From positions 42,842,001-42,906,000 of the forward strand of contig CM126203.1 of NCBI GenBank assembly GCA_052327205.1: DNA of 64,000 nt, in the 5' to 3' direction. Below the pieces are notes generated by a model, which was given only the letters and a program-made list of their open reading frames with translations, had not been told where the DNA came from and made no database searches. Below are positions 36,741-48,994 of this stretch, in pieces. Numbering within the stretch: position 1 is the stretch's first letter; each line of letters opens with the position of its first letter. This DNA is from Somniosus microcephalus (lineage: Eukaryota). The translations under genes were made by a program, and so were the position numbers.

Positions 36741-37925
36741 TCCGTGTGTTTTCTTCAATTCACCTAGAATATGCCACACATCAATCAGTTGATTGAAAAT
36801 GAGAATGTGGCACCCTTATTATTGAATGCAATCTCAAGCTGTTGGAGGTTCACCAATATTTTCTCACTGCGGCTCACAAATACCACAAGTATCAAAGTGG
36901 CTGTGATGTCTACCACCTCACCCACCTGCCTTATGTGAGCATTTGAAAACAAGTGTTAATTTCCAGTCATGTGGTTTAACAACTAGACTCCTCTTAGTCC
37001 AAATAATTCAAAGCAAAGAGAAAAAATCTTGCCTTTTGCCAGTTTGTAACTAAACTATTGGCTGCTGACCTTCTCTGTCTATTATTAACACAGCAACATG
37101 GTACAATTACATTTCTTTATATATATTACCAGTAGATCTCCTGTGATGAGTCAAGCGATACGTCAGAAGCATTATACTATGTAATTCATAATGCTGCCGG
37201 AAAAAAATGCTTCTCCGATCCTACAATTGTCTCATTCTTTTAAGCTCTCATGACTTCTGTATAGCACTCTCTGTCTTTCTGTTTGTCCTCTCCTTTTCCT
37301 TTCTCTGTGCAGCTGTTGCAACACCTTTGCCATTATGTCCACCTCTTTATTTATCTTCAATGCTGTTTCTCACTCTTTCCCTCATACTTTGTGTAAGTGT
37401 CCTCTTCCCTTTGTCACTTCTATATGTCTCACAGTCTCTTTGTACGGGTCTGACACATATTCCTTCATTGATGTATTCATTTCTATCTCATACTTTGTAT
37501 GCAGGAAATGGTAGCCAATGTGCAGCAGGTAGCTGGTTACCTGGCTCAGGCAGGCAGAGGTCATCCACAAACTACTGGACCATGCGAGGATGAGAAAGAA
37601 AATGGAGAATTGGGAGTTCAGGCCAGAAAGGGGTTGGAGTGGGACTGAAGCAGGTAGAAATAAAGGTAGGCTGGGTTTGGTATATTGAAGGCAGTAAGTC
37701 GAGGGTTGGGACCAAGAAAGGAGTTGGGAGAATGGAGTTGGTGGGGCCTTATAGTACTCAAAAGGAATAAAGTCACCTGGGGGAGGCAGACTGGTCCATG
37801 GCTGCCAGGGGGAGGAAAAGTAGTCTGTGGCCACTGGGTTTACAGCGTGATTGAAATTTAGTGAGCTCAGCCAAGGAAGAGTCCAAGAAATTAAAGATGC
37901 ATCAGTAGCTGTGTATGGAGACATG

Positions 37926-38768
37926 GGGCTGGATTTTCATTGGGTCGTGGAGTCGGGATTGGAGGCATGTGGGGGTTTAAAATCCTGAAATCGGGGATCC
38001 CAACCCCATCCCGCCCCCAACCCACCTCCATGCCAGTTTCAAAGGAGGCGGGTACCCGCCCCGCACTGGGACCTGCCTCCCCGGGGCGGGAAGGGGATTA
38101 GTGCCAATTAACTTCCTGTTAACAGGTAGTTAACAGGCAGTTTTTAGCCTAATCCCTATTTTCATTGTTGAAATGTGGGATTCCCGATGGCTCCAAACCA
38201 TGCCAAGTTAGCGAGGCGAGCCGTCGGGATGAAGGGCTTGGAGGGGTCGAGATGTCCGGTGTTCAGGTGAGTGATGGGTGCATGAGTGCAGAGGTAAGTG
38301 TGTTTGGTCTGTGTAAAGTGTTTAACGAAGTTCTACTAACCTTTACTTACCTTTACCTCCTTCCTTCCTTCAGGTCTCGGGAGTCCCTCATCTCACCGGC
38401 ACAGAAAGCAGAATGGCCGCCAGCTGTCAAAATCTGCAGCCTCTGCTTTCTGTTCTGGGACGATCTCTAAATCATCCTGAGAGGAAGGAATTAACCTGGA
38501 GTACAGATTGTCAATGTTTGACAGCTTCAAACAGCTGTGAAACGCTGATATTTCATCTGTCAAAAGGTCTTGACAGATGAAATTTCAATCTGTGATGTCA
38601 CCTGTTGCCAGGTGGCCCTTAATTGGCCTGCTGAGCCCACTGGGTGGGCTCAACAAGGTCAATCAAGTCTAAATCACGTGGGTTGGCTAGAACTTGATGG
38701 AGGCAGGAGTACAACCCCGAAAGTTGTAGTCCCGCCTCCTACCCGCCCCCTCAATGAAAATCCAGCCC
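37926..38768 (+). mobile_element. Harbinger-type MITE
   Basis: 17-bp TIR GGGCTGGATTTTCATTG; TSD ATG; colinear with 58206-59029. Confidence 0.88.
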
Positions 38769-39086
38769 ATGGCCATGCGGTGGCTCCTGCGAATTGAAAT
38801 TTAGCTGTTTGACATAATCCCTACGGTCTGAAGCAGGCTCTTTTGAAATGGGGCTAGAACTCCCCCTGGCAGCTGAGCAGCAGTAATAAGACGGTGCATT
38901 CTGCAGAGGGCATCAAGGAAGGGTCAGATGAATGACCCAAGATACAGAAAGGAAGCCAACCCAAGCTACAGTTTCAGAAAAAAGGCAGGCCTGTGGTGAG
39001 AAAATTGTGGAAGAAATTTATAACAGTCCACGGGTAAGCTTATGGCTCAATTTAGTTGAATTGTATCCATTGTTTACATTTTTATT

Positions 39087-39752
39087 GGTCCAGATTTTGC
39101 TGGAAGTGCGAGCTAATAACGGCGCAGCGAGGGCAACAGGGCATCGGGGACCTTGGTGAACAACGGGACAAACAGTGCATCTCCTTAACCAATGAGATTA
39201 AAAGATTGAGAAATAAACAGTGCAAGGACTGAGAAGGAGGGTGAATTGGAGTGGGTGAATTCAATGCCAAATTAGGTACAGAAAGAAAAATAAAGAGAGG
39301 GAAAGAAAGATTGGAGTAAGAGAGGGAAAAAAGAGAGAAAAGAAAAGTAAGAAAAAAAAAGGATATTTAAAAATTTGACATTTTAAAAATCTCCAACAAC
39401 AACTCACAACATGAAGGAATGAGATTCCACACTTTTAAATGTTCACTTTCAGGGCAAGAGAGGTTCTTTGGCAGTCAATAACAATTAGCTCATTGTTAAA
39501 AGGGTACTTGCACTGTTAATTACAAGACTTAACTGTCTGTGGTGAGTTTAATGGGCAATTAATGTGCAAATGCAGCAACTTCAAGAAACTCACGGGGAGG
39601 TTAAGGGTGAGATGCTGTTTTCGCGGAGCTAATGGCGGAGCGGCGGAAATCAGCCAGCAACATGTGGCGATTCACAATTCACGGGTTCTCTCTTCCTGGC
39701 TACAAGTTGCTGGCCGATTATCTACATTAATTTTTTCTGCAAAGTCTGGGCC
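39087..39752. mobile_element. Non-autonomous TIR element (family of 7262-8968)
   Basis: GGTCCAGATTTTGC...GCAAAGTCTGGGCC termini; flanks ATT/ACT. Confidence 0.7.
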
Positions 39753-41274
39753 ACTGTTTTATGAATTTGATTTTTGGTTGTACACATTGGCATTGGTGTG
39801 CAATCAACATGGCCGCTCAAAAAGTTCGGGAAAAAATTGAGCAATTTGATTGGCTGGTTTTATGGCAGTTGGTTCATAAATGATAGCTATGAAAAAAATG
39901 ATGATGCATTTTTCAGGTGGTTTCTGGTTGTTGGTTGGTAGCTTTTCCTACCTGTCTAGTGAATGGAACTTTTCTTTAATTGATTTGCATTTAGCGAATG
40001 CTTAACTTAATAGATAGTCATTTGATCATCTGGAAATTCATTTGGAGATGAAAACCAAGCCATGCCTATAACGGGTAACCAATCGGCAGTGCCAGTTTTA
40101 TGCCCGGGCGGCAATTTGAAAATCTACCACTATGATTTTTTTGCCAGACGTATGTGACATGTACCAGACGCCAGATTTTTAATAATACAGATAGATGCTG
40201 TGTAATTTTAATATTTATTTATTTTAAATGGTCTGTAAAATGTTAATAGTTTTAAAAGCAGTTTAAATCATTTGCATGAACTGTTATTTACGCACGTTGG
40301 GGTACAGCTAAGAGCCTTTTGATTGAACAGTGCTGATGTTATGGATTAAAAATAAAACAGTGACACTGTCGTGGTGCACAGAGAAATGAATGGCACAGAA
40401 CAGAATTTTACAAATGCACTGAGGCAGGGAGACTCTGCCTGTGAATCATTCACATTACCTCATCATGGTACCTCACCATACTCTGAGCACCAATAACTCT
40501 TACTGGAGGACACGTCATCCTCTCACAGGAACATTGGGAGCTGAGCCTCGACGTTCTATTAATTCTTAAAAAGATTTTGGAGAATGTTTTCAATCAACAA
40601 CAACAACGTGTATTTATATAGCGCCATTAACATAGTAAAACGTCCCAAGGCGCTGCACAGGAGTATTTTAAGACAAAATATTTGAAAAAAGTGAAACAAC
40701 TGGGAATTGGTTGATAACCGCAGGTTCTGAATTGTTCCTTCTTACTAGGAGAACAGTGACATCACGGTTTTGCCGACAGCATGATTCACTGTCAATAAAC
40801 ACCATTTGAAACAAGATTGGGACTGAGTTTGCAGCCTTTTGTTGTCAGACCCAGTCGAGCGTAACATTGATAATGCCCTTAGCAACATCTGTTGACAGCA
40901 GAGCTATCTGACTGTGAATGTGATTGTAACAGTTTATTTTCTTGCATTTTTACAAATGATGTCGTTATTGACAACTGACTTCCTGGAGCGGTTTTCCCCG
41001 ATATCCTGCCATCATTTTGGTGGGAGAACCCCTGGAGAAATGGCATCAAAAGCTGGAAACGGCCGTTTACACAATTTTTACACAGAAATTACAGCACAGA
41101 AACAAGCCACCTCCCACCCTATTTCATTTAACCCTATTTTCCAGGGAGGTTCACTGATCTCTCATTCAAGTTATGGCAGGATACCGGAGAACCTCTGTGG
41201 ATATTCAGGACCAATACCTTTGAGGAATGCCAGAGCAAGAATGCTTTTCCATCTTCCCCCACTCCCTTCCCCCG

Positions 41275-41525
41275 CCCTCTCTCTATCCCAGGGTTAGTGG
41301 GTAGGGACCAGGAGCAAGGACCCTGGCTGGTGTTCCCTCTCTCTATCCCAGGGTTAGTGGGTAGGGACCAGGAGCAAGGACCCTGGCTGGTATTCCCTCT
41401 CTCTATTCCAGGGTTAGTGGGTAGGGACCAGGAGTAGGAATGGTGGCTGATATTCCCTCTCTCTATCCCAAGTCAATGGGTAATGATCAGGAGCTGGGAC
41501 TCAGGCTAATGTTCCTTCTCTGTAT
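41275..41525. repeat. ~60-bp tandem repeat, about 4 copies, decaying rightward
   Basis: CCCTCTCTCTATCCCAGGGTTAGTGGGTAGGGACCAGGAGCAAGGACCCTGGCTGGTGTT repeated. Confidence 0.9.
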
Positions 41526-41771
41526 CCCGGAGCAAGTATGCTTTTCTATCCTCCCCCCTCCCCTGCCCATTTTTTGTTCCTTCTCCTAAAGGTGTTGACT
41601 CTTGCTGGAGTAGAGTTCCACAAGCACCAGCTTCCCTCCGTGCGAAGTTGCACAGCAGGTTTTGTCAGACTGTGCAACTGTCGAGAGTATCACAGCCAAA
41701 CCAGATCTTTGTGCTCACCCAACATCTGCAAACACACACATTGAAGGGGGGCGGGGGGGGTAATGAAAGTA

Positions 41772-42230
41772 TTGCATTTATATAGCACCTTTCACGACCA
41801 CTGGATGTCTCAAAGTGCTTTACAGCCAATTAAGTACTTTTGAAGTGTAGTCACTGTTGTAATGTGGGAAATGCGGCAGCCAAGTTGCGCACAGCAAGGT
41901 CCCACAAACAGCAATGTAATAATGACAGATAATCTGTTTTTGTTATGTTGGTTGAGGGATAAATATTGGCCAGGATACTGGGGATAACTCCCCAGCTCTT
42001 CTTCAAAATAGTGCCATGGATCTTTTACGTCCACCTGAGAGAGCGGATGGGGCCTCGGTTTAATGTCTCATCCGAAAGACGGCACCTTTGACAGTGCAGC
42101 ACTCCCTCAGCACTACACTTGAGTGTCAGCCTAGCTTTTTTATGTGCTCAAGTCCCATGGAGTGGGATTTGAACCCACAACCTGCTCACGTCAGAGGCAA
42201 GTGTGCTACCAACTGAGCCACAGCTGACAC
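41772..42230 (-). mobile_element. tRNA-derived SINE (DeuSINE/SacSINE1-like)
   Basis: Full-length homolog of 6355-6770, with TGGCTCAGTTGG A box and GGTTCAAATCCC B box. Confidence 0.85.
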
Positions 42231-42361
42231 TCAAAAAGAGGGGACGAACCACTGGATACAAATCAGGAACAGAAACCTGGCTGATTTTTGCCTCCATAGC
42301 AGGGGTACCAAAGCCAATTGTTGCTGTCCCGGCTGAGATCAGCAAAGTCAGCAAAGACCAA

Positions 42362-44119
42362 GGGCTGGATTTTGCGGGTGGCCAGCGGGTGCGATCGGTG
42401 GCAGGTCGGGTGGGAAAGTGTTTCTTTTTCTCCAGCAGGTCAGGACCCCGCTGTGAACCCGCCGCCATGTGCCTTTACAAAATGTCAGGTCTATCAGCGC
42501 TGAGCAGACCCAACATGCAGCGGCGGGGGAGGCAATTAAAATCCTCAGTGGTTTGTTTACCGCCACTTATCAATTTTTTTTCCCAGCTTTTTGGATTTGA
42601 TAGGTTACCCACTGGTTTCCGGCTGTGCCTAGAGCTCGTCTGTGAAGCTGAGGCGGGAGGTCACTGGCCAGTGAATCAGCTGATGAGTTGACAGCTTCAA
42701 ATGTCCAGTCAAAGCTCCCAGCTGATTGAAAAATGTTCCCTTAACCACTAGCTTCTCTAAACTACATTTCCACTACAGATTCAGGATGCAGTAAGTCTTT
42801 ACACAAGTTTCCATCCAGTCTGACCTGATTACATCTTCCACCATTGACAGATTGCTTCTGTCATCTCTACTTCACCTGCCATCTATTCCACCAGCATGGG
42901 TGCTCTTGAAACTCTCTTACCTTGGTCCTAAGAATCCCACCACGATCAGCCCCAACACCAGCATGACCAGGCACACCAGCAGCACCAACAACAACACCAA
43001 CCTTCTCCGTAATCAACTGATACTGCACAAGACACAGGGCATCAGCAGCCAAACACTTTGCTACCCAGAAGGCCAGGGATGGCCTCACCATGGCCAGATT
43101 TACTTCATTTGACGCCATACACCCTGGCTGCCACATGATGTGGCAGGTTGACACCACCCAACACCAACACCATAAAGCATCCCTACAATGCCCAAGCCAT
43201 TCCTTTCACACTCATCACCATTGCGGGTGGTACCGTTATGTTTCATCATTCACTGCAACTCACTAAGCCACTTCCAAAGGTGCACACAAATCTGTCCAAG
43301 AACGCAAAGTGTTGAAAATAGTTTCAATGTCTGACATCACATTAACAGAAACTTTACATGAACATTGCATAAAACACCCAAGTGCCTACCCTTGTGTGTT
43401 GTTAGTTGGTATGATTGCACTAGGCTGAGGGTGAATGTGAGGGGTGGCTAGTGAGATGGGGATGTGATAATGTAGATAGAGAGGGATGGGCGGAGGTGCA
43501 AGGTAAGTTGGTGTGAGTAAGGATGTGCAGGGGTAGGGTAGGGAAGGCAAAGTGATGGGGATGTGATGAGAGGTCCAGCAGGATGAGGTTGAGTGTGGCT
43601 TTGTATTAATGTTTCGTGGTCTACTGAGATCATTGAAACGTTTGCAGCACTGCACCCAGATCCTCCTGACCACATCCCTGCTTGTGCCCTCCTGTGCAAT
43701 GTGCAACCAGGCTGTGTTGATCTCCTAGGGAGGTCTCTTCCACCCATGGGAAGGGAGGAAGACCTCCCTGTGTGATGTGACTCCCTCCATAAACATATGA
43801 CGGGAGTCATGGGAGAGCCTGGGTGCAGCCCTGCACCTCTGTGCAGTGCTTGTCAGTGTTTGCAGCACCTCAATGCTGTAGAACACTGACAGCACAAATG
43901 TCAAAAGAAAGTTGGCCATGGTCCCTTTAAGGAAACCAGCTACTGACGCGTCATCAAATGATGTCACCAGACCTGCTTCCTCTAATTGGCCGGGAACCAC
44001 ACTGGGCAGGCTTAACAATCCCAGTCAGGGGAAATTAATTTCAGAGGCCGGGATGGAGCCAGCAGCGGGGTCGGAACCCACCACCGACATCGCCCGCCGA
44101 GGTTTGTAAAATCCAGCCC
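42362..44119. mobile_element. Non-autonomous Harbinger deletion derivative with decayed Myb exon
   Basis: TIR GGGCTGGATTTT. Minus-strand remnant AAPRLSHD...AWLHIA...QCCKRFNDL (~43600-43840). Colinear with 62596-63712. Confidence 0.8.
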
Positions 44120-44864
44120 AAAGGATCAATCCTGGCACCTTCTGGCCTGTATGACTTAGTACCACACCAGAGATTGATTTATTTACTGGGTCACTAGGGA
44201 GATGCTACCATTAGTGATATGATAATCAGTAGTAGTGAATCATTCTTTCATAAGTCTATTACTTTTCGGAGTTTTTCATTGGTTTAGATATGAGTGGAGT
44301 CATTGAGGTCTAAACTTAACACAGTTGCACCCTTTTTTTGGGCCTAAAACGAGCACAACATTAACCAATTTAGAACTGCAAAAGCATCTGCACGGGGGTT
44401 TGGGCCACTGCTAAATTGATTGGTGCCTTTTTTAGCGGCCCTGGCACGACACAAGTTTCGAATGGAATTTTAGGGACTTAAGCCGCCTTAAAGTGACCAC
44501 TGGAGGCTGCTCAAAATAGGCCCAAAAACTTGGAATGTGTACAAGTGTTGTTCCTGGTTCCACAGAACAACTGTGGACCACCTCCCTGTCATTGGAGACA
44601 CCGGCAGCGGCGGAGCATAAAACAGCAGGGGAAACAGCTCCGACCTGATTGGAGACACCAGCGGTGGCGGAGCATAAAACAGCGGGGGAAACAGCTCCGA
44701 CCTGATTGGAGACACCAACGGCGGCCGAACCATCACCGATTTCCAAAAAAAACGAAGAGTGATGTCACAGGACAGCAGGTAGATGATTGGTTCGTGAGTA
44801 TTAAGTATTATTTTCTCTCTAACCTAGGACAGTGGTTTAAATTAGGTGCGGGAAACTATATCGT

Positions 44865-47443
44865 TGTAGCGGTTCGTGTAGATCGCCACTAAATAAGAGA
44901 GTTTGACTTCGACGAACTATTAACAAGTTGTTTATTTACAGGAACAGACTAATTACATCAGGTAAGATGGCAGGTAAGATGGCTGACTGTAGGAGCACCG
45001 TGGTATAGGTCTTGTCCCATCGGGAACTCCACGAGGACTGAGTTCGCAGTCCTGTGGGGAGCGTGATGACGTCATCGCATTTGTGTTGTGACGTCATCAC
45101 GTTGTTCGCGTTTCCCATGCTTAGGGCGTCACGTGATGCGCGTCATTGCGTCGCTGGCCGTTGAGGCCGAGGTCGCGAGGCCGGGCTGTGCCGGTGCTTG
45201 CTGCAGGAGCGGAAGATCGCGTCGCTCCCGTCGGCTGGCTGTTGAGGCCGAAGACGCTGGGCCGGGCTGTGCCGGCGCATGCACATCACGTCGTATGTGA
45301 CGTGAGGTCAGCGCGCTAGGGCGCGTCTTAAAGGGGCAATGGCCCCAACAGGTAAGTTAAAAGGGCAACGGCCCCAAAAGGTAAGTTAAAGGGAATTATG
45401 TGTCTTTATGTAAGTTACAACCGGTGGTACCGCCACATGGGCCCCCCCAGAATTCGCTTTAACGAAAATCCAAGGATGAGATGGTCTGACGAGCTGGTGG
45501 TCACGGCAGTCGTGCTGTCTCGACTTGGTAGGCGAGGTATGAAGATGCTGCTCGTGAGCGGATCCTTACGCGCGTCGTGGCGAATAAAACGTATCCATCA
45601 GGCAAAGGACCGTGGAGACGTGCGAAACAGCAGGCCTTGTCAGAGTGACGGGCAGGTTGGGCGGACGCGGGCAATGTCTCCGTTGATGTTGAAACAAGTC
45701 CTTGTTCCGACGAACTCTGTAGGAACGCCAAACGAGCGATCCAGAAGGACTTGACAGGCGAGGTCGGTGAACTCGCCGACAGGTGAGCAAAACCTTCGGG
45801 AGGCTGGAACGCACGGAACGGTGCGTGCCATAGTGCTACGATGATAACACAACGGAGGGTGAAGAGTTGCTGCGTTGATCAGTGATCGGTGAGGCCAGCA
45901 ACTTTCACGTGGCTGATCGCGGCCGCAGGATGCCCGTTGGACCCGTCCTCGATGTGTGCAGCTTCAGTAGACGTTTGCGTTTGCTAAAGGGAAAACTGGA
46001 TAAAGGGCAGCAACGGTCCAGGTTGTTGTTGCTTTCGGGCAGGGTAAACTCTGCCTGGAGGGTGGCAACACTTGAAACTGTTGTAGATTTAGGAGAAAAT
46101 AGCCGGGAGGGCGGTACGCTTTTGTTCACGCCGAATTGTGTAGTAGGTAACACAACCAGCAGGCTGAAGGGCTGGTGCGTCGGCGGCGGAGAAGGGGTCG
46201 TCGTTTCGCATGAGGGATGGGTCGTCGTGGTTCGCGAGGGATGGGTCCTCGTGCGCGAGGAGTGCGTCCTCGTGTTTCGCGGGGGTGAGTCCTTGTGGTA
46301 TCCCTGCGGGGCGCGCTCCAATCTTGTGGGCCCGAACATGCTGTACCCCGCGCTTGGAGAGATGTATACTTGCTGTTGCTTTGGACGTAGAGGCGGACGA
46401 TCCATGTGGCGGTAGAAGAGTCGAATACGGAGACCATGAGCAAGTGCGTGGTCTGTGCCGCATCGATGTTCTCGGCGAACAGGGCTTCTACCTTCATAAA
46501 GCACGAGGGAGACCGTGGCTCCCTGGATTGCGGTAGCGACAACGGAACGGCTGATGCTTCCATAGCGTGCTTCGTTTGTGAAAGACGTTCACAAACCCAC
46601 CAATTGTAGCACTGGTGGACGACGGTTGCCGTTGGTCGTGCTCTACCTCTGTGAGATCGTTTGTGAAAAACGGGCTCACCTCCAAGCTGCGCTTCCGTTG
46701 CGAATACGTACGCAAAGACGGGGTCGCTTTTGGTGGAATCGATGTTAGGCGGTTGCTGTTCCGTGGTTGTTCGTCAGTTGTGTGTTGGTCATCTTGAGGG
46801 AAGACGAGGTTCAGGCGAAGGACCATGGAAATCGTTCACGGATATGGGGTCACCAATTGTAGTGTAGGAATTGATGAACTCCCGTACTCACGTTGTTGGG
46901 TCACCAATGTAGCGGTTCGTGTAGATCGCCACTAAATAAGAGAGTTTGATTTCGACGAACTATTAACAAGTTGTTTATTTACAGGAACAGACTAATTACA
47001 TCAGGTAAGATGGCTGACTGTAGGAGCACCATGGTATAGGTCTTGTCCCAGCGGGGACTCCACGAGGACTGAGTTCGCAGTCCTGTGGGGAGCGTGATGA
47101 CGTCATCGCATTTGTGTTGTGACGTCATCACGTTGTTCGCGTTTCCCGCACTTAGGGCGTCACGTGATGCGCGTCGTTGCGTCGCTGGCTGTTGAGGCCG
47201 AGGTCGCGAGGCCGGGCTGTGCTCGCGTCGCTCCCATCAGCTGGCCGTTGAGGCCGAAGACACTGGGCCAGGCTGTGCCGGCGCACGCACATCACGTCGT
47301 ACGTGACGTGACGTCAGCGCGCTAGGGCGCGTCTTAAAGGGGCAATGGCCCCAACAGGTAAGTTAAAAGGGCAACGGCCCCAACAGGTAAGTTAAAGGGA
47401 ATTATGTGTCTTTATGTAAGGTACAACCGGTGGTACCGCCACA
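44865..47443 (-). mobile_element. Non-autonomous Gypsy-derived LTR element (no pol)
   Basis: LTRs 44865-45437 and 46908-47443; flanks TCGT/ACGT; PBS TGGTGACCC; PPT GAATTCTGGGGGGG. Internal 1.47 kb has a decayed gag (MEASAVPLSLP..F.KVEALF, 46563) aligning with gag at 4653, and an integrase-tail remnant. Confidence 0.9.
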
Positions 47444-48994
47444 ACGTATTGTATTAAATTTATAGCTTAATTAGTTAAACTATTTAATATAACTATAAAT
47501 AATCATTGAATAAAGACTTTAATTAAATAAATAAAATAAGGCTAGTCTAAGATGTGGCAGGGCAGATTGTGTGTCTGGACTGCAGTATGTGGGAGTTTGT
47601 GGACGGTGAGACTGTCCCAAGCAAATACGTCTGCAGGAGATGTCTCTGTCTCGAATCTCTCCGGCTCAGAGTCATTAAGCTGGAGTGCGAGTTGGAGACA
47701 CTCTGACACATCAGGGAGGGGTAGGAATTTCTGGACAGTTTTATCCAGAATACAGTCACAATCCCAGAGGAAAGCACGGGTTCAGGAAGGGGAGGGTGTG
47801 ACTGCTAGGGAGATGGATAGCGGGGATTTAGGAGAGGTTGAGAAGGAGGTCTCACAGACACTGGTCCTGTCCAACAGGTGCGATGTACTTGCTACCTGTG
47901 AGGACAAAGAGAAAGACTGTGGGGAGGACAGCCACAATGCAGACCAAGGCACCGTCGCTCAGAAGGCTGTCCAAGGGGGGGAAGAGCAGAATAGAAATGT
48001 GATAGTAATAGGGGACTCTATAATTAGGGGGGATAGATAGTGTCCTCTGCAGTCATGAACGAGAATCCCGGTGCCAGGGTAAGGGATATCTCACGGCGGC
48101 TGGAGAGGAACTTGGAAAGGGAGGGGTAAATCCAGTTGTTGTGGGCCATGTTGGAACAAACGACATAGGTAGGAACAGGGAGGAGGTCCTGCTGAAAGAG
48201 TTTCAGGAGTTAGGCTCTAAATTAAAATGTAGGACCTCGAGGGTAATAATCTCTGGATTATTGCCCAAGCCACGTGCAAACTGGCATAGAAGCAGACAGA
48301 CCAGGACAATTAACACATGGCTAAAGGGCTGGTGCGGGAAAGAGGGGTTCCTTTTCATGGGACACTGTCCCAGTTCTGGGACAGGAAGGAACTGTACCGA
48401 TGGGCTCACGCTGAATTGGGATGGGACCCATGTCCTAGCGGAGAGGGTAATTAGGGAGGTGGCAAAGGCTTTAAACTAGTAAGAAGGGGGGAGGGATCTA
48501 CAAGAAATGTAACCAGCCTAAATATAAACAAAACATGAAAAGTGAGCATGGGAAAGAATAAAGTAAGGGAGGACATTGACGGCAAAGGAGCAAATAGAGT
48601 TATAGAATAGGCATCTAAAAAGATGGTTAAACATAAAGGCCTAGAAATTCAGTCTGGACACTTTTTGGGCGCTAAAGTCGGGCGTTCGCTAAAGTTAGCG
48701 CCCGCCGGAAAGTGTAGGCCACAACGCCGAAATTCAGTAGAGTTGGCCAAGAGTTTGGCCGAGCGCTGAAACTGGCGTTGCAATGCTCTCTTCATGCGCT
48801 AAGCCGGCGATGCGGCCTGATAACGCCGAGGCCGGGCGCAGCGCAGGTGCGGTCATGTTTTGATTGACAGCAGACACCCTGACGCCGGCCAGCTCTTAAA
48901 GGGGGAAGGGTCGACTTTGCTGCCACGCCCTGCATACTGGAGCCCTGCAGCTAGGCCTCAACACTGCTGGTGGGCCAAAATAGCGCCTGGAGCC

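Noticed and set aside
39917-40005. Possible host exon after TTTTTCAG (GFWLLVGSFSYL...)
   Set aside because: No convincing donor or homology.
42160-42230. tRNA gene
   Set aside because: The A/B boxes belong to a SINE head; there is no full cloverleaf, and a SINE body follows.
45905-46826. Novel protein or env gene in the non-autonomous LTR element
   Set aside because: The ORFs are patchworks of frameshifted gag and low-complexity sequence, with no signal peptide, furin site or TM anchor.
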